A stretch of 64,000 bases of DNA from Myxococcales bacterium (GCA_012517325.1 JAAYVF010000132.1:9665-73664), one strand, 5' to 3'; shown: positions 9,085 to 18,597, counted from the stretch's first letter. Translations and numbers: made by a program. Notes: generated by a model not told the origin, from the sequence alone.

Positions 9085-10254
9085 TCAACCGGGAATCACC
9101 ACGATCCGATCGCGCCCCTGCTCCTTGGCCTGATAAAGAGCTTCATCAACGAGGCTGATCAGGCTTTCGCGATTGGAAGCGCGCGGATGTGGGAAAAAGG
9201 CGATACCGATACTGGCCGACAGATGGATCTTATCGTTGTTCGGCGCGACGAAGACATGGCCCTTCAAATCCGCCTGAATCCGCTTGGCCAGAAACATGGC
9301 GCGATCGGTTCCGGTGTGCGGCAGGATGATCAGGAATTCGTCGCCGCCGTAACGGGTGGGATAATCCGTTTCGCGAATGTTGTGCCGGATGATGCGCGTC
9401 GCGGTGCGCAGCACCGTATCGCCGAACAAGTGGCCGTGCGTGTCGTTGACGATCTTGAAACGGTCCAGGTCGATCATCATCACGGTCAGAAACAGATTGT
9501 ACCGCCGCGCCCGGCCGATTTCGCCGTCCATCAAAACCAACATCTGCCGGTAATTGAAAAAACCGGTCAGGCCGTCGGTGATGCTCAATTGTTCGAGCTG
9601 GCGGTTGATCGTCTCGAGTTTGATGTTTTTCTGTTTGTTTTCTTCCTGCGCCTTGATGAGATCGAGATTGGCGCGCGCGAATTTTTCACTCATTTCGATC
9701 GCCAGCTCCCGCTGCTGGCGGTATTCATTGGCCAGTTTCTCAAAGGCCGCTTTTTGCCGTTCCAATTCGGCGTTCATGGCTAGCAATTCCTGGTTCTTGG
9801 CGATGAGATCCCGCGTCAGCCGTTCGTTTCCGGTAAGCAAATCGTATCGTTCGAGCTCTTCCGCGACGATTTGTTTGATATCGCCCGGATCCCAGGGTTT
9901 CGCGGCGAAACGATGCACGCGGCCTTGGTTGATCGCCTGCACCGCGACGTCCATGTCGCCGTAGCCGGTGACCAGCATGCGGACCACCGCCGGATATTTT
10001 TCCTGGAGCCGAATCAACAGTTCGGTGCCGGTCATCCCCGGCATGCGCTGATCGGTGATGACAAGGTGGATTTCTTCCTGCGCCATGATTTCCAAGGCTT
10101 GTTCGGCGCTGCGGGCTTTGAAAATCCGGTTGCCGCGCCGCAGCGTGGAGGCCAACAAATCGAGGTTTTCTTCTTCATCGTCGACAATCAGGATGTGATG
10201 GATTGTCGGTGACGGATCATCGGCGTTTTTTTTATCGACGACTGGTTGTTCCAT
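9085..10254 (-). CDS. Response regulator with receiver and GGDEF diguanylate cyclase domains
   Basis: The receiver is ILIVDDEEENL...LVITDQRMPGMTG. A coiled-coil linker follows, then a GGDEF domain (RYGGDEF). Confidence 0.85.
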   Translation of the reverse strand: MEQPVVDKKNADDPSPTIHHILIVDDEEENLDLLASTLRRGNRIFKARSAEQALEIMAQEEIHLVITDQRMPGMTGTELLIRLQEKYPAVVRMLVTGYGDMDVAVQAINQGRVHRFAAKPWDPGDIKQIVAEELERYDLLTGNERLTRDLIAKNQELLAMNAELERQKAAFEKLANEYRQQRELAIEMSEKFARANLDLIKAQEENKQKNIKLETINRQLEQLSITDGLTGFFNYRQMLVLMDGEIGRARRYNLFLTVMMIDLDRFKIVNDTHGHLFGDTVLRTATRIIRHNIRETDYPTRYGGDEFLIILPHTGTDRAMFLAKRIQADLKGHVFVAPNNDKIHLSASIGIAFFPHPRASNRESLISLVDEALYQAKEQGRDRIVVIPG

Positions 10255-10596
10255 TTAAAAACCTTATTTGATTCAGGATAACAGGGTTGGGCATCAGAAG
10301 GCAAGCATTGGATTGCCTTTACAAACAAACAGTTATCCCGGTCGCCGGTAGAGAGGTGGCAAAAAAACGTCTCAACCGAGGGATTGCGGCGATGCGTCGC
10401 AGCCGTGGCGCGATGCAAGAAAAGTCGCGGTATCCACCGGCATTTGGTTGACAAGATCGGATCCTGCTTTACATTGAATCCCAAGAGAAACCACCGTAAC
10501 GGAGGGTAACATGAAAAGATTCATGCTTCGCCCGATCGCCCATTGCTCCGAGGGCTGCTGTAGGTAGTCCTGGGCAAGACAGAAAACTGCCCACGG

Positions 10597-10632
10597 CAAA
10601 AAATTGAGAGCGCGTGCCTGGCCACGCGCTCT
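10597..10632 (-). terminator. Intrinsic terminator (second of the tandem pair)
   Basis: On the minus strand, a 10-bp stem (AGAGCGCGTG / CACGCGCTCT) with loop GCCAGG is followed by CAATTTTTT. Confidence 0.6.
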
Positions 10633-10640
10633 TGAATTTT

Positions 10641-10674
10641 AAAAAAGCACGGCCGGCCCGCTTGGGCCGGCCGT
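10641..10674 (-). terminator. Intrinsic terminator (first of a tandem pair) downstream of the OMP gene
   Basis: On the minus strand, an 11-bp GC-rich stem (ACGGCCGGCCC / GGGCCGGCCGT) with loop AAGC is followed by TTTTTT. Confidence 0.6.
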
Positions 10675-10694
10675 TTCGCCATCGACAAAAGTGT

Positions 10695-11378
10695 TTAGTT
10701 GAACAGGCCGAGCAAACCGATCTTCAGGCCGTATTCGGTGCGGGTCAGATCGAAATCGTGATCCGCGTTCCCGTCATCCTGAGAACCGTCACCGGTGTAA
10801 TAGTCGAGATACAACGCGGCGGACAGGCCGATGTTGTGGCTCAGATGATAAACCACGCCGCCCTTCGGCTGGATCAACCAGCCGCTGCCTTCGGTCTCGG
10901 TGTCCTTGGCGCCTTCGGCGTCCGGCTCAACTTTGTCGTCGGTGCTGGCATAGCCGACACCAAACATGCCGAAAATGGAGAATTTGTTCGCGACCGGATA
11001 GAAATAACCGATTTGCGGACCAATCGCCCAGGTCGTGGATTTTTCGGTCGCGTCATCGCCTTCGTCACTGGTGTATTCGACGTTCAGGAAGGGGCCGATC
11101 TCCAGGCGCGGGATGATGAAATAGCCGCCCAGGCCGCCCATGCTGAATTTGAATTGATCGGTACTTTCCTTGTCGCCTTCGTCCGGTTTGATTTCAGTGC
11201 TGCCGCTGGCGATGTTGAAATCGAGGTCGCCCGCGATCAGGATCGTCCCTTGTGAAAAATAACCCGGCGCGCCGCTGTCGCCGCCGCCCTTGCCCTTTTT
11301 CGCCGCGAAGGTCGGCGCCGCCGCCAGTAAAAGAATCAGGGTCAGGCAAAACAGCATCCAGAACAGTTTCTTCTTCAT
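10695..11378 (-). CDS. Outer-membrane beta-barrel protein (small OMP with signal peptide)
   Basis: The start was trimmed to MKKKLFWMLFCLTLILLLAAAPTFA, which has a GGGGAG SD. The sequence alternates hydrophobic residues, is Gly/Tyr-rich and ends with an aromatic residue (GLLGLFN), typical of 8-strand OMPs. Confidence 0.6.
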   Translation of the reverse strand: MKKKLFWMLFCLTLILLLAAAPTFAAKKGKGGGDSGAPGYFSQGTILIAGDLDFNIASGSTEIKPDEGDKESTDQFKFSMGGLGGYFIIPRLEIGPFLNVEYTSDEGDDATEKSTTWAIGPQIGYFYPVANKFSIFGMFGVGYASTDDKVEPDAEGAKDTETEGSGWLIQPKGGVVYHLSHNIGLSAALYLDYYTGDGSQDDGNADHDFDLTRTEYGLKIGLLGLFN

Positions 11379-11590
11379 GTAAAACTCCCCTTGTTTTTGA
11401 TAGTTGAAGCTGAATTTGACCGAACTATAGCATCCCGGAAAAAGAAGGGCAACGAAAACCAGCGGCATTTCCGGCCCACATGAAAATTTCCATTTGCAAC
11501 GCCGGGTTTTAACTTCGCTTTTTGTACGATAGGATTTGACAGCAAAAAATCGATGGCATATTCTGATTCGCCGATAACGTTTATCACAGG

Positions 11591-12229
11591 ATGGAGACAG
11601 CCATGCGGATCCGTAGTTTCATGATTGCGGTAGTGTGCCTTTTCATTTTCGCCGGATTAGCCGCATCCGCCCCGGTGGTGGATGAAAAGAAACCGGCCTT
11701 GGGCGCGCACTTCATGTACAGTTTCATTCCCGATTCGTTTCTGAGCATGGCCTATCAGGAACACACCTCGATTTCGGCCCTCGGCTACGGTGTCTGGGCT
11801 TCCTACGGGTTCACGCAATTCGACGCCCTCTTCCAGGTCAACAACTGGACGCTGATGATGGACGACGGCGCCTGGCGGGCGAACGGCGACAAGAAAAAAT
11901 ATCGCTACTGGATGGAAAACGACAACTTCGGCATGGCTGATTTCACGACTTCCATCCTCTGGAAGTGGCGCGTGCATCCGGCCGTCGAACCCTACGTCGG
12001 TCCGTCAATGGGCGTCGGTTTCCTTTACGGCCATTTGAAATCCTGGGACTCCAACGACGCCGGCAAACAGATCGGCGAGCCGACCAACAAAGAACTGCCG
12101 CCGGTTCTGCCGCTCGTCGGCTTCCTCGGCGGCTGCCGTTTTTACCCGGTGCCGAATTTCCGCATCTCGGCCGACCTTGGCTTTTACGCCGGGTTCGCCG
12201 GCGGTGTCAGCCTCGGTTACGCTTTCTGA
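11591..12229 (+). CDS. Outer-membrane beta-barrel-like secreted protein (alternative start 11603)
   Basis: It has a signal peptide (MRIRSFMIAVVCLFIFAGLAASA) and an alternating-hydrophobic, aromatic-rich sequence ending GVSLGYAF. Confidence 0.5.
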   Translation: METAMRIRSFMIAVVCLFIFAGLAASAPVVDEKKPALGAHFMYSFIPDSFLSMAYQEHTSISALGYGVWASYGFTQFDALFQVNNWTLMMDDGAWRANGDKKKYRYWMENDNFGMADFTTSILWKWRVHPAVEPYVGPSMGVGFLYGHLKSWDSNDAGKQIGEPTNKELPPVLPLVGFLGGCRFYPVPNFRISADLGFYAGFAGGVSLGYAF

Positions 12230-12232
12230 TCG

Positions 12233-12631
12233 ATGCTGAAAAAGCTAACCGTCCCGACGGCCAGCCGCGAACAATTTCTGGATATCACTCGTCAGGTACA
12301 GGAAGTCGTGCGTGAAGCCAGCCTGCAAAGCGGCACCGTCACGGTTTTCGTGCCGCACACCACCGCCGCGGTGACGATCAACGAAAACGCCGATCCCAGC
12401 GTGATCCACGATCTGCTGTTCGCGCTGGACCACGCCTTCCCCGACCACCGGCAATTCCGCCACGCCGAGGGCAATTCGGCGGCCCACGCCAAATCCAGCG
12501 TCGTCGGATGCAGCCTGACGGTCATCGTGGAAAACGGCCGGTTGGCGTTGGGAACCTGGCAAGGCATCTACTTCTGCGAATTCGACGGACCCCGGCAGCG
12601 GTCGTGTTACGTCAAATGCCAGGCCGACTGA
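12233..12631 (+). CDS. YjbQ/UPF0047 family protein (secondary thiamine-phosphate synthase-like)
   Basis: 132 aa. The motifs TGTVTVFVPHTTAAVTINENADP and HAKSSVVGCSLTVIVENGRLALGTWQGIYF match UPF0047. Confidence 0.7.
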   Translation: MLKKLTVPTASREQFLDITRQVQEVVREASLQSGTVTVFVPHTTAAVTINENADPSVIHDLLFALDHAFPDHRQFRHAEGNSAAHAKSSVVGCSLTVIVENGRLALGTWQGIYFCEFDGPRQRSCYVKCQAD

Positions 12632-12642
12632 GCGGCGGTTCG

Positions 12643-14376
12643 TCAATCCACGCGCGGTTTCGCCCAGACACCCCAGGCGCCGACCAGATCGCCGGACGGA
12701 TGCGGATCGGTCGACAACGCCAGGCTCACCGTGCGGCCGGCATACTCGGTCAGATCGACCGCCACCTCGTGCCAGCGGTTTTCCTCCGGGTTCGCCTTGG
12801 GATCGAGATACCGCGCGAAGCATTCATGGCCGTCGATTTCCACCTGAAAACGGACGCCTTTGCCGCCCCAACCCAAGCAAAGCGGGTCGAGGGCGATCGC
12901 GGCTGAAAAACGCGCGCCGGCGGGCACGAAAACCCGCCAAACGACCCGGCTGCGCGGATGGGCAAAGAGGCACAGCCGCTCGTCGCCGTCGATTTTCACC
13001 AGGTTCAGCCGCACCGGCTCATGGGCCAGTTCGCGCCCCACCCGGGCCGCGGGCAACTCGGCCAGCAGATCATACGAACCGAGCCGTTCCTTTTCCGCCT
13101 TGAGGCGCAGGGTCTCGCGGCGGAATTCCCAAAAGACTTCCTCCAACCGCTCGCGGCCGACCGCACCGGGTTTGAGGATCGATTTTTCGAAATAGGTCGG
13201 CCGGCCCGGTTGGTCGATCAGGTTTTCCGCCACGCAACGTCGATGCAGGCGCGTGCCCGGATAGGGATAGAAAATCGAGCACTGCGCGCCATTGGGCCGC
13301 AACTCACGGTGCAGGGCGAACAGGTCGCGGATCGTCTCCTCGGTTTCTCCGGGGAAGCCGACCATGTTGAAAGTCCAGGTCTGCAGGCCGATTTCGTCGC
13401 ACCAGCGGAAAACCCGGCGCAGGTCGTCGTTGCTCATGCGGCGGTTCAGCACCTCGGCGCGCAGGCGTTCGTTGCCCGCCTCGACGCCCGCCATCACCAT
13501 GTAACAGCCGGCGTCCTTCAGGGTCTGCAGAATCTCCCGCGTGACGGTCTGCACGTGGATGTAAATCTTGAAGGGGTACGAAAACCGTTCGCGGTACAGC
13601 GCGCAGAATCGCCGCACCCAATCGTGATCCAGGGTGAAGATGTCGTCCTCGAAAAAGATTTTGCGAAACGGGAGGTGCGCCGCGAGGTGGGCGACCAGGG
13701 CGATCATTTTTTCCGGGCGGCACATCCGCACGTACGGCCCGAGCCCCCGGTAGGCTTCACGGCGCGCGCTGTTGGCGCAATAGGCGCAGTCGAAGGGGCA
13801 GCCGCGCCCGCCCATGATGCCGATCTCGCCCAGCGCGTCGCGCAGAATTTCGTCGTGGTCCCACATCGCGCGGTCGTCGATCGGCAAGGCGTCGAGATCC
13901 GCGACCAGCGGCCGGCGCGGATTGCGTTCCACCGTTCCGTCGGGGCGGCGTTGCCACAAATTGCCGATACCGCCGGCCGGGCGACCGGCCTCGCGCGCGG
14001 CGCACCACTCGACGACGGCCGCCTCGCCCTCGCCGATGCAGACCACGTCGGCGAACGGCTCGCCGATCACGCTTTCCGGATCGAGGATCGCGTGAATGCC
14101 GCCGAACACGCAGGGCAGATCCGTCGCTTCCTTGACCCACCGAGCGTAACGCGGTGCGTCCACCCACTGATGAGTGTTGACCGGAAAAAACACGGCGTCC
14201 GGCGCGGCGGCGCGCAGCCGCGCGAGAAATTCGTCGCGCGCGAGGTGGTGGCGCAGGTAGAGCAGTTCGCTCGTGTGTCCCGCGCGCCGCAAGCAGGCAT
14301 CCAGTTGGCCGACGCCGTGATTGTAATGCACGTAATTGCCCGTCCCGGCATCGAGGTAGACCCACCAGATCTTCAT
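12643..14376 (-). CDS. B12-binding radical SAM enzyme with a ~150-aa C-terminal extension domain I do not recognise (paralog 1)
   Basis: An N-terminal Rossmann-like B12-binding region (MKIWWVYLD...) is followed by the radical SAM motif GCPFDCAYC. The C-terminal region (LFAHPRS...GVRFQVEIDG...WHEVAVDL...) is shared with the adjacent paralog. The start ATG overlaps the upstream stop as ATGA. Confidence 0.75.
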   Translation of the reverse strand: MKIWWVYLDAGTGNYVHYNHGVGQLDACLRRAGHTSELLYLRHHLARDEFLARLRAAAPDAVFFPVNTHQWVDAPRYARWVKEATDLPCVFGGIHAILDPESVIGEPFADVVCIGEGEAAVVEWCAAREAGRPAGGIGNLWQRRPDGTVERNPRRPLVADLDALPIDDRAMWDHDEILRDALGEIGIMGGRGCPFDCAYCANSARREAYRGLGPYVRMCRPEKMIALVAHLAAHLPFRKIFFEDDIFTLDHDWVRRFCALYRERFSYPFKIYIHVQTVTREILQTLKDAGCYMVMAGVEAGNERLRAEVLNRRMSNDDLRRVFRWCDEIGLQTWTFNMVGFPGETEETIRDLFALHRELRPNGAQCSIFYPYPGTRLHRRCVAENLIDQPGRPTYFEKSILKPGAVGRERLEEVFWEFRRETLRLKAEKERLGSYDLLAELPAARVGRELAHEPVRLNLVKIDGDERLCLFAHPRSRVVWRVFVPAGARFSAAIALDPLCLGWGGKGVRFQVEIDGHECFARYLDPKANPEENRWHEVAVDLTEYAGRTVSLALSTDPHPSGDLVGAWGVWAKPRVD

Positions 14377-16097
14377 CCGTCGCTCCGCGTCAAATGGGGA
14401 TGGCCCCAAAGCGCCCAAAGCGCCGTCAGGTCGTCACCGCTTTCCGGTGCGGTCAAGAGCCGCAACGATCCCTTTTCGGCGAGGCGAAAATCGGCCGCGA
14501 CCTCGTGCCAGCCGCGGTCTTCGACCCGGCGCCACGGATTCAACGCGCGGTCCAGGCAAGTCTCGTCACCGGCGCGGACGAGGAATCGCACTCCGTGGCC
14601 GTCCCATTCGTAGCAGCGCGGGTCCAGCGCCAGCGCCGCGAAAAAGCGATAACGTCCGGGCGGCAATTCGTAGGCGATCTCGCTGCGTGGATGGGCGAAA
14701 AGCGCGAATTTCGTCTCGCGGCCGATCCGCGCGCGCTGTGGGACGACGGGCTCGGCCCCCGTCCGCCGGACCAGCTCCGGCGCCCAGCGTTCGACCAGAT
14801 CCACTTCGCCGCGCCGCGCCGCCGCCAGGGCCCGCCGTAGCGCCCGCTCTTCCAGCTCCGGTATCGCCGCACAAAAAGCGCGATAGGTTTCGCGTTGTCG
14901 ATCGCTCGGAAAACCGGGCAGTTCGAGCGCCGGTTCGGCTGAAAAATACGTCGGCCGCGCGACGCCGCGATGCAGTTTTTCCACCCGGCAGCGTTCGGCG
15001 AGTTTCGTTCCCGGGTACGGTTCGAACAGGCTGACCTGGATCTGGTCGGGCAGCGTCGCGGCGCAAAGGTCGCGCGTGGCCTGCGCTGTTTCCGGCGTTT
15101 CGCCGGGCACGCCGAGAATGTGAAATGCGCGCGTCACGATGCCCAGTTCGCGGCACCAATCAAAAAACTCGGTGATTTGCGCATTGCTCATTTGGCGCCC
15201 GAGCACCTCAGCGCGGATGCGCGGGTCGCCGTGTTCCACGCCGACGTTCACCATCCACAGGCCGGCCGCGCGCAGCCGTCGCAGATCGTCCCGCGAAATC
15301 GCGCCGATCCGCGCGTAGACGCGAAACGGCAGCGCAAACCGGCTTGGGAACTCACGCAGGAATTCTTCGAGGAATTCACGGTTGAGCGTGAAAATATCGT
15401 CCTCGAAGTAAAGCGAATCGACCGCGTAACGACCGCACAAGCAATCCAGTTCCGCCAGCAGGTGCGACACGCTTCGCCACCGCACCCAGGGCTCGCCGGA
15501 ATAAAGCCGCCGCCAGCCTTCGTTGCAGCAATAGGTGCAGGGATACGGGCAGCCGCGGCCGGCGAGCGCCGTCAGTTCGCCGCCGTTGACCCGCAGGATT
15601 TCCGCCATCGGGAAATGCCGCCGGTCGTAAATCGGCAGCGCGTCCAGGTCGGTCAGCAACGGACGAAGCGCCGGGCGGTCGGTTCCCGTTTGGACATTGG
15701 CGATCGCGGTCAACGGTTTGCCGCCGGCCAGGTCGAGCAGCGCCCCCTCGCCCTCGCCGACGCAGACGCCGTCGCAGACCGCGGCGGCCAGGATTTCCTC
15801 GGGCGCGAAGGTCGCGTGCACGCCGCCCGCGAGCACGGGAACGCCGGCCTCGCGGGCCCAGGCCATCAGTTGCCGGGCGAACGGCCATTGGTGCGAGGAG
15901 AAACCGCAGGCGAGCCAATCGGGCGCGGCGGCGCGCAGTTCGAGTCGCCAGGATTCGCGCGTCAGCATTTCCTGCGGCAGGGAAACGACGGGCTCGTGGC
16001 CGGCGGCGGCGAGTCCTGCGGCCAGTGCGCCCAGGCCGTGCGGGTAATGAAGGCCGTTGCGGGTCGCGATATTCGGCACGACAAGCAGGATTCGCAT
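14373..16097 (-). CDS. B12-binding radical SAM enzyme with the same C-terminal extension (paralog 2)
   Basis: MRILLVVPNIATRNGLHYPHG is the B12-binding N-terminus, followed by the radical SAM motif GCPYPCTYC. The C-terminus (LFAHPRSEIAY...GVRFLVRAGD...GWHEVAADF...DDLTALWALWG) is homologous to paralog 1. Confidence 0.75.
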   Translation of the reverse strand: MRILLVVPNIATRNGLHYPHGLGALAAGLAAAGHEPVVSLPQEMLTRESWRLELRAAAPDWLACGFSSHQWPFARQLMAWAREAGVPVLAGGVHATFAPEEILAAAVCDGVCVGEGEGALLDLAGGKPLTAIANVQTGTDRPALRPLLTDLDALPIYDRRHFPMAEILRVNGGELTALAGRGCPYPCTYCCNEGWRRLYSGEPWVRWRSVSHLLAELDCLCGRYAVDSLYFEDDIFTLNREFLEEFLREFPSRFALPFRVYARIGAISRDDLRRLRAAGLWMVNVGVEHGDPRIRAEVLGRQMSNAQITEFFDWCRELGIVTRAFHILGVPGETPETAQATRDLCAATLPDQIQVSLFEPYPGTKLAERCRVEKLHRGVARPTYFSAEPALELPGFPSDRQRETYRAFCAAIPELEERALRRALAAARRGEVDLVERWAPELVRRTGAEPVVPQRARIGRETKFALFAHPRSEIAYELPPGRYRFFAALALDPRCYEWDGHGVRFLVRAGDETCLDRALNPWRRVEDRGWHEVAADFRLAEKGSLRLLTAPESGDDLTALWALWGHPHLTRSDG

Positions 16098-16119
16098 CGC
16101 GCGGCCCGCTCCGCCCGGC

Positions 16120-17625
16120 TTACAAGCGATAAAGCGGCGTGTATTTTTCGTCCAGGTAGTTCATGAACGGTTCGGCGCTCGGCTTTTTGCCGGTCACGCG
16201 CTCGATCAATTCGTTGCCGGCGTACCGTTTGCCGTGCACGTGGATATTCTTGCGCAGCCACCTGAGAATCGCCGTGAATCGTCCTTTTTCCACCAGCGCC
16301 AGGACGTCGGGAATGTCCGCGCGAATCTTTTCCCACAGTTGCGCCGCGTACAGGTTGCCGATGGTGTACGTCGGGAAATACCCCAGCGCGCCCAGCGACC
16401 AGTGCACGTCCTGCAACAGGCCGTTGGTGTTGTCGGGCACCGCGATGTCCAGGTACTCCTTCATCTTGGCGTTCCACAGCGCGGGCAGATCGTCGATCGC
16501 AACCCCGCCGGCCACCATCGCCCGCTCGATCTCGAAGCGCAGGATGATGTGCAGGTTGTAGGTGACCTCGTCGGCTTCCACGCGGATCAGCGACGGTTCG
16601 ACGACGTTCACGCAATGGTAGAAGTTCTCCAGCGAGAGATCGCGCAGGGATTTGGCGAAGGTGCGCTGGAATTTCGGATAGAAATATTTCCAGAACGACA
16701 GGCTGCGGCCCATGATGTTTTCCCAGAAGCGGCTCTGGCTCTCGTGCACGCCGAGCGACACCGCGTCGCCCAGCGGCGTCCCCAGGTGCGGGTCGGGCAG
16801 CCCTTGTTCGTACAGACCATGGCCCGCCTCGTGAATCGTGCCGAACAGGTGCGGCCGCGGATCGTCGACGAAGAACCGCGTGGTCAGGCGGACGTCGCCC
16901 TTGTTGCCGCCGCAGAACGGATGCGCCGAAACATCGATGCGGCCGCCCTCGAAATCGAAGCCCATCTTCCGCAGGACCAGCCGGCTGAATTTTTTCTGCT
17001 TTTCGATCGGGTAGCGGCGGCCGGCGAGCAGCAGCCGGGCGTCGTAGCGCGGGGCGCTCAGAATGCGCTGCAAAAACGGCACCAGCCGGCCCTTCAGGTC
17101 GGTCAGCAGTTCGCGGATCGACCCCTCGGTCGCAAACGGCTCGTGCAGATCCAACATCGCGTCGTAGGGGCGCTCCGCGTAGCCCAGCGCCGCCGCCTCT
17201 TCCTTGCGCAGGCGGACGGTCTTGGCGAGAAACGGCGCGAAGCGGGCGTAATTGTTATCCTGCCGGGCCTCGATCCAGGCCATTTGCGCCTGACTGTTGT
17301 GGCGGCTGATTTCCTCGACGAGCGCGGTGGGCACCTTGGTGGCGCGGTCAACTTCGCGCTTGATCTCCCGAATGTTGACCTTGCCGTCCGCGGTCAGGGC
17401 AGTCGAATGGGCCGCCAGTTCGCCGACCTTGGCCACCATCGCCGGATCGGTCATTTTGCGGTGCACCAGGCCGTCCAGAAAGGCCAGTTGCTCGCTGCGC
17501 CGCTCGAGGCCCTTTTTCGGCAGATTGACCTGCAGATCCCAACTCAGCACCTGGTTCATGCTGTTGACCAGCCAGATTTCCTTGTACCAGGCGATGACTT
17601 CCGCGTACGTTTCCTTCAGCGACAT
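16120..17625 (-). CDS. M32 family metallocarboxypeptidase (carboxypeptidase Taq-like)
   Basis: HEAGHGLYEQG is the HExxH motif. IRVEADE and LLQDVHWSLGALGYFPTYTIG are M32 signatures. Length is 501 aa. Confidence 0.8.
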   Translation of the reverse strand: MSLKETYAEVIAWYKEIWLVNSMNQVLSWDLQVNLPKKGLERRSEQLAFLDGLVHRKMTDPAMVAKVGELAAHSTALTADGKVNIREIKREVDRATKVPTALVEEISRHNSQAQMAWIEARQDNNYARFAPFLAKTVRLRKEEAAALGYAERPYDAMLDLHEPFATEGSIRELLTDLKGRLVPFLQRILSAPRYDARLLLAGRRYPIEKQKKFSRLVLRKMGFDFEGGRIDVSAHPFCGGNKGDVRLTTRFFVDDPRPHLFGTIHEAGHGLYEQGLPDPHLGTPLGDAVSLGVHESQSRFWENIMGRSLSFWKYFYPKFQRTFAKSLRDLSLENFYHCVNVVEPSLIRVEADEVTYNLHIILRFEIERAMVAGGVAIDDLPALWNAKMKEYLDIAVPDNTNGLLQDVHWSLGALGYFPTYTIGNLYAAQLWEKIRADIPDVLALVEKGRFTAILRWLRKNIHVHGKRYAGNELIERVTGKKPSAEPFMNYLDEKYTPLYRL

Positions 17626-17655
17626 CGTGCCTCTCCTTCGTTGCTTCGCCGCCGC

Positions 17656-18558
17656 CTACCACTCCGGCGCGGCGAACCCGATGCACTCGCGACCGCGCAG
17701 CCAACCGTCGCGGGCGTTGTAATAAAGACGCAGTTCGTTTCGATAAGCGACCAGGTCGAACGCGTAGACGAACGCGTTTTTCCAGCCGGGTTCGGGAGCG
17801 ATGATCGGGCGATCGTGAACCGCCTCGAAGTACAGCCCGTCGCCCGAACGCAACAACAGGATCGCCGACCGGCTGCGGCCCTCCGCGTCGCGGTACAGGC
17901 CGTTGTTGAAGGCCCAGAAGCCCTTTTTGCCGTCGGCGTACACCTTGAGCGAACCGCCGCCGAAATTGCGGTACGGCTCGGCCGGATCGGGGCCGAGGAG
18001 CGGCAACGGATGCCGCTTGTACGGCCCGAGCACGGCATCGGCCTCGGCGTAGCCGACGTAGCGCGGCTCGAAATACAGGCAATCCCACAGCCAGATCCAG
18101 GAGGTGCTGTAATAAAGACGGTACCGCCCGTCGATTTTCAGCAGGCAGGGATTGCCGACGAAGCGGATCGCCTGCCCGTCCCAGTCGAAGGTCGGTTCGG
18201 CCAGCGTTTGCGGTTCGCTCCAGTGTTCGAGGTCGGCCGATTGCCGCGCGACCACCCGGGAAGTGCGGTAATTGCGCGCGTGCAATTCGTAGAGCAGGTA
18301 AAACGTGCCGTTTTCCGGGTAGATGAACGCCCGGAAACCGCGAAACAGCCGCTGGCCGACCTGCTCCCAAGCGATGCCGTCGTCGCTTTTAAAATGCAGG
18401 ATGAAACCGACGCCGTTGGCGAACAGGTGCCATTTGCCGTCCGGCGACCGGTCGGGCGTCAACACGGTCGGATCGGCCAGCAGCCAATCCGGCTTCCGCG
18501 GTTCGATCAGCGGATTCGCCGGGAAATCCCGCCAGGTCGCCTTCGCTAAATCACGCAT
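17656..18558 (-). CDS. Glycoside-hydrolase-like five-bladed beta-propeller protein (GH43/GH130-like)
   Basis: 300 aa with repeated W/Y-rich blades (GKWHLFANG, GTFYLLYE, GRYRLYYSTS, GLYFEAVHD). The assignment is by fold-family resemblance only. Confidence 0.45.
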   Translation of the reverse strand: MRDLAKATWRDFPANPLIEPRKPDWLLADPTVLTPDRSPDGKWHLFANGVGFILHFKSDDGIAWEQVGQRLFRGFRAFIYPENGTFYLLYELHARNYRTSRVVARQSADLEHWSEPQTLAEPTFDWDGQAIRFVGNPCLLKIDGRYRLYYSTSWIWLWDCLYFEPRYVGYAEADAVLGPYKRHPLPLLGPDPAEPYRNFGGGSLKVYADGKKGFWAFNNGLYRDAEGRSRSAILLLRSGDGLYFEAVHDRPIIAPEPGWKNAFVYAFDLVAYRNELRLYYNARDGWLRGRECIGFAAPEW

Positions 18559-18597
18559 TAAAATCCTCGTTGAATTTCAGCGGAACCCGGCAAGTCT

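Noticed and set aside
7861-9783. 640-aa plus-strand ORF
   Set aside because: It is antisense to the histidine kinase and the GGDEF regulator. There are no motifs, and the composition is artefactual.
12958-16166. Several long plus-strand ORFs (12958..14613, 14970..16166) and Arg-rich minus-strand ORFs (13757..14365, 14566..15159, 15376..15918)
   Set aside because: These are antisense or alternative frames of the two B12-radical-SAM genes. The rSAM frames carry CxxxCxxC motifs and B12-binding domains.
16057-18549. 830-aa plus-strand ORF
   Set aside because: It is antisense to the M32 carboxypeptidase and the GH-like propeller genes, both of which have strong motif support.
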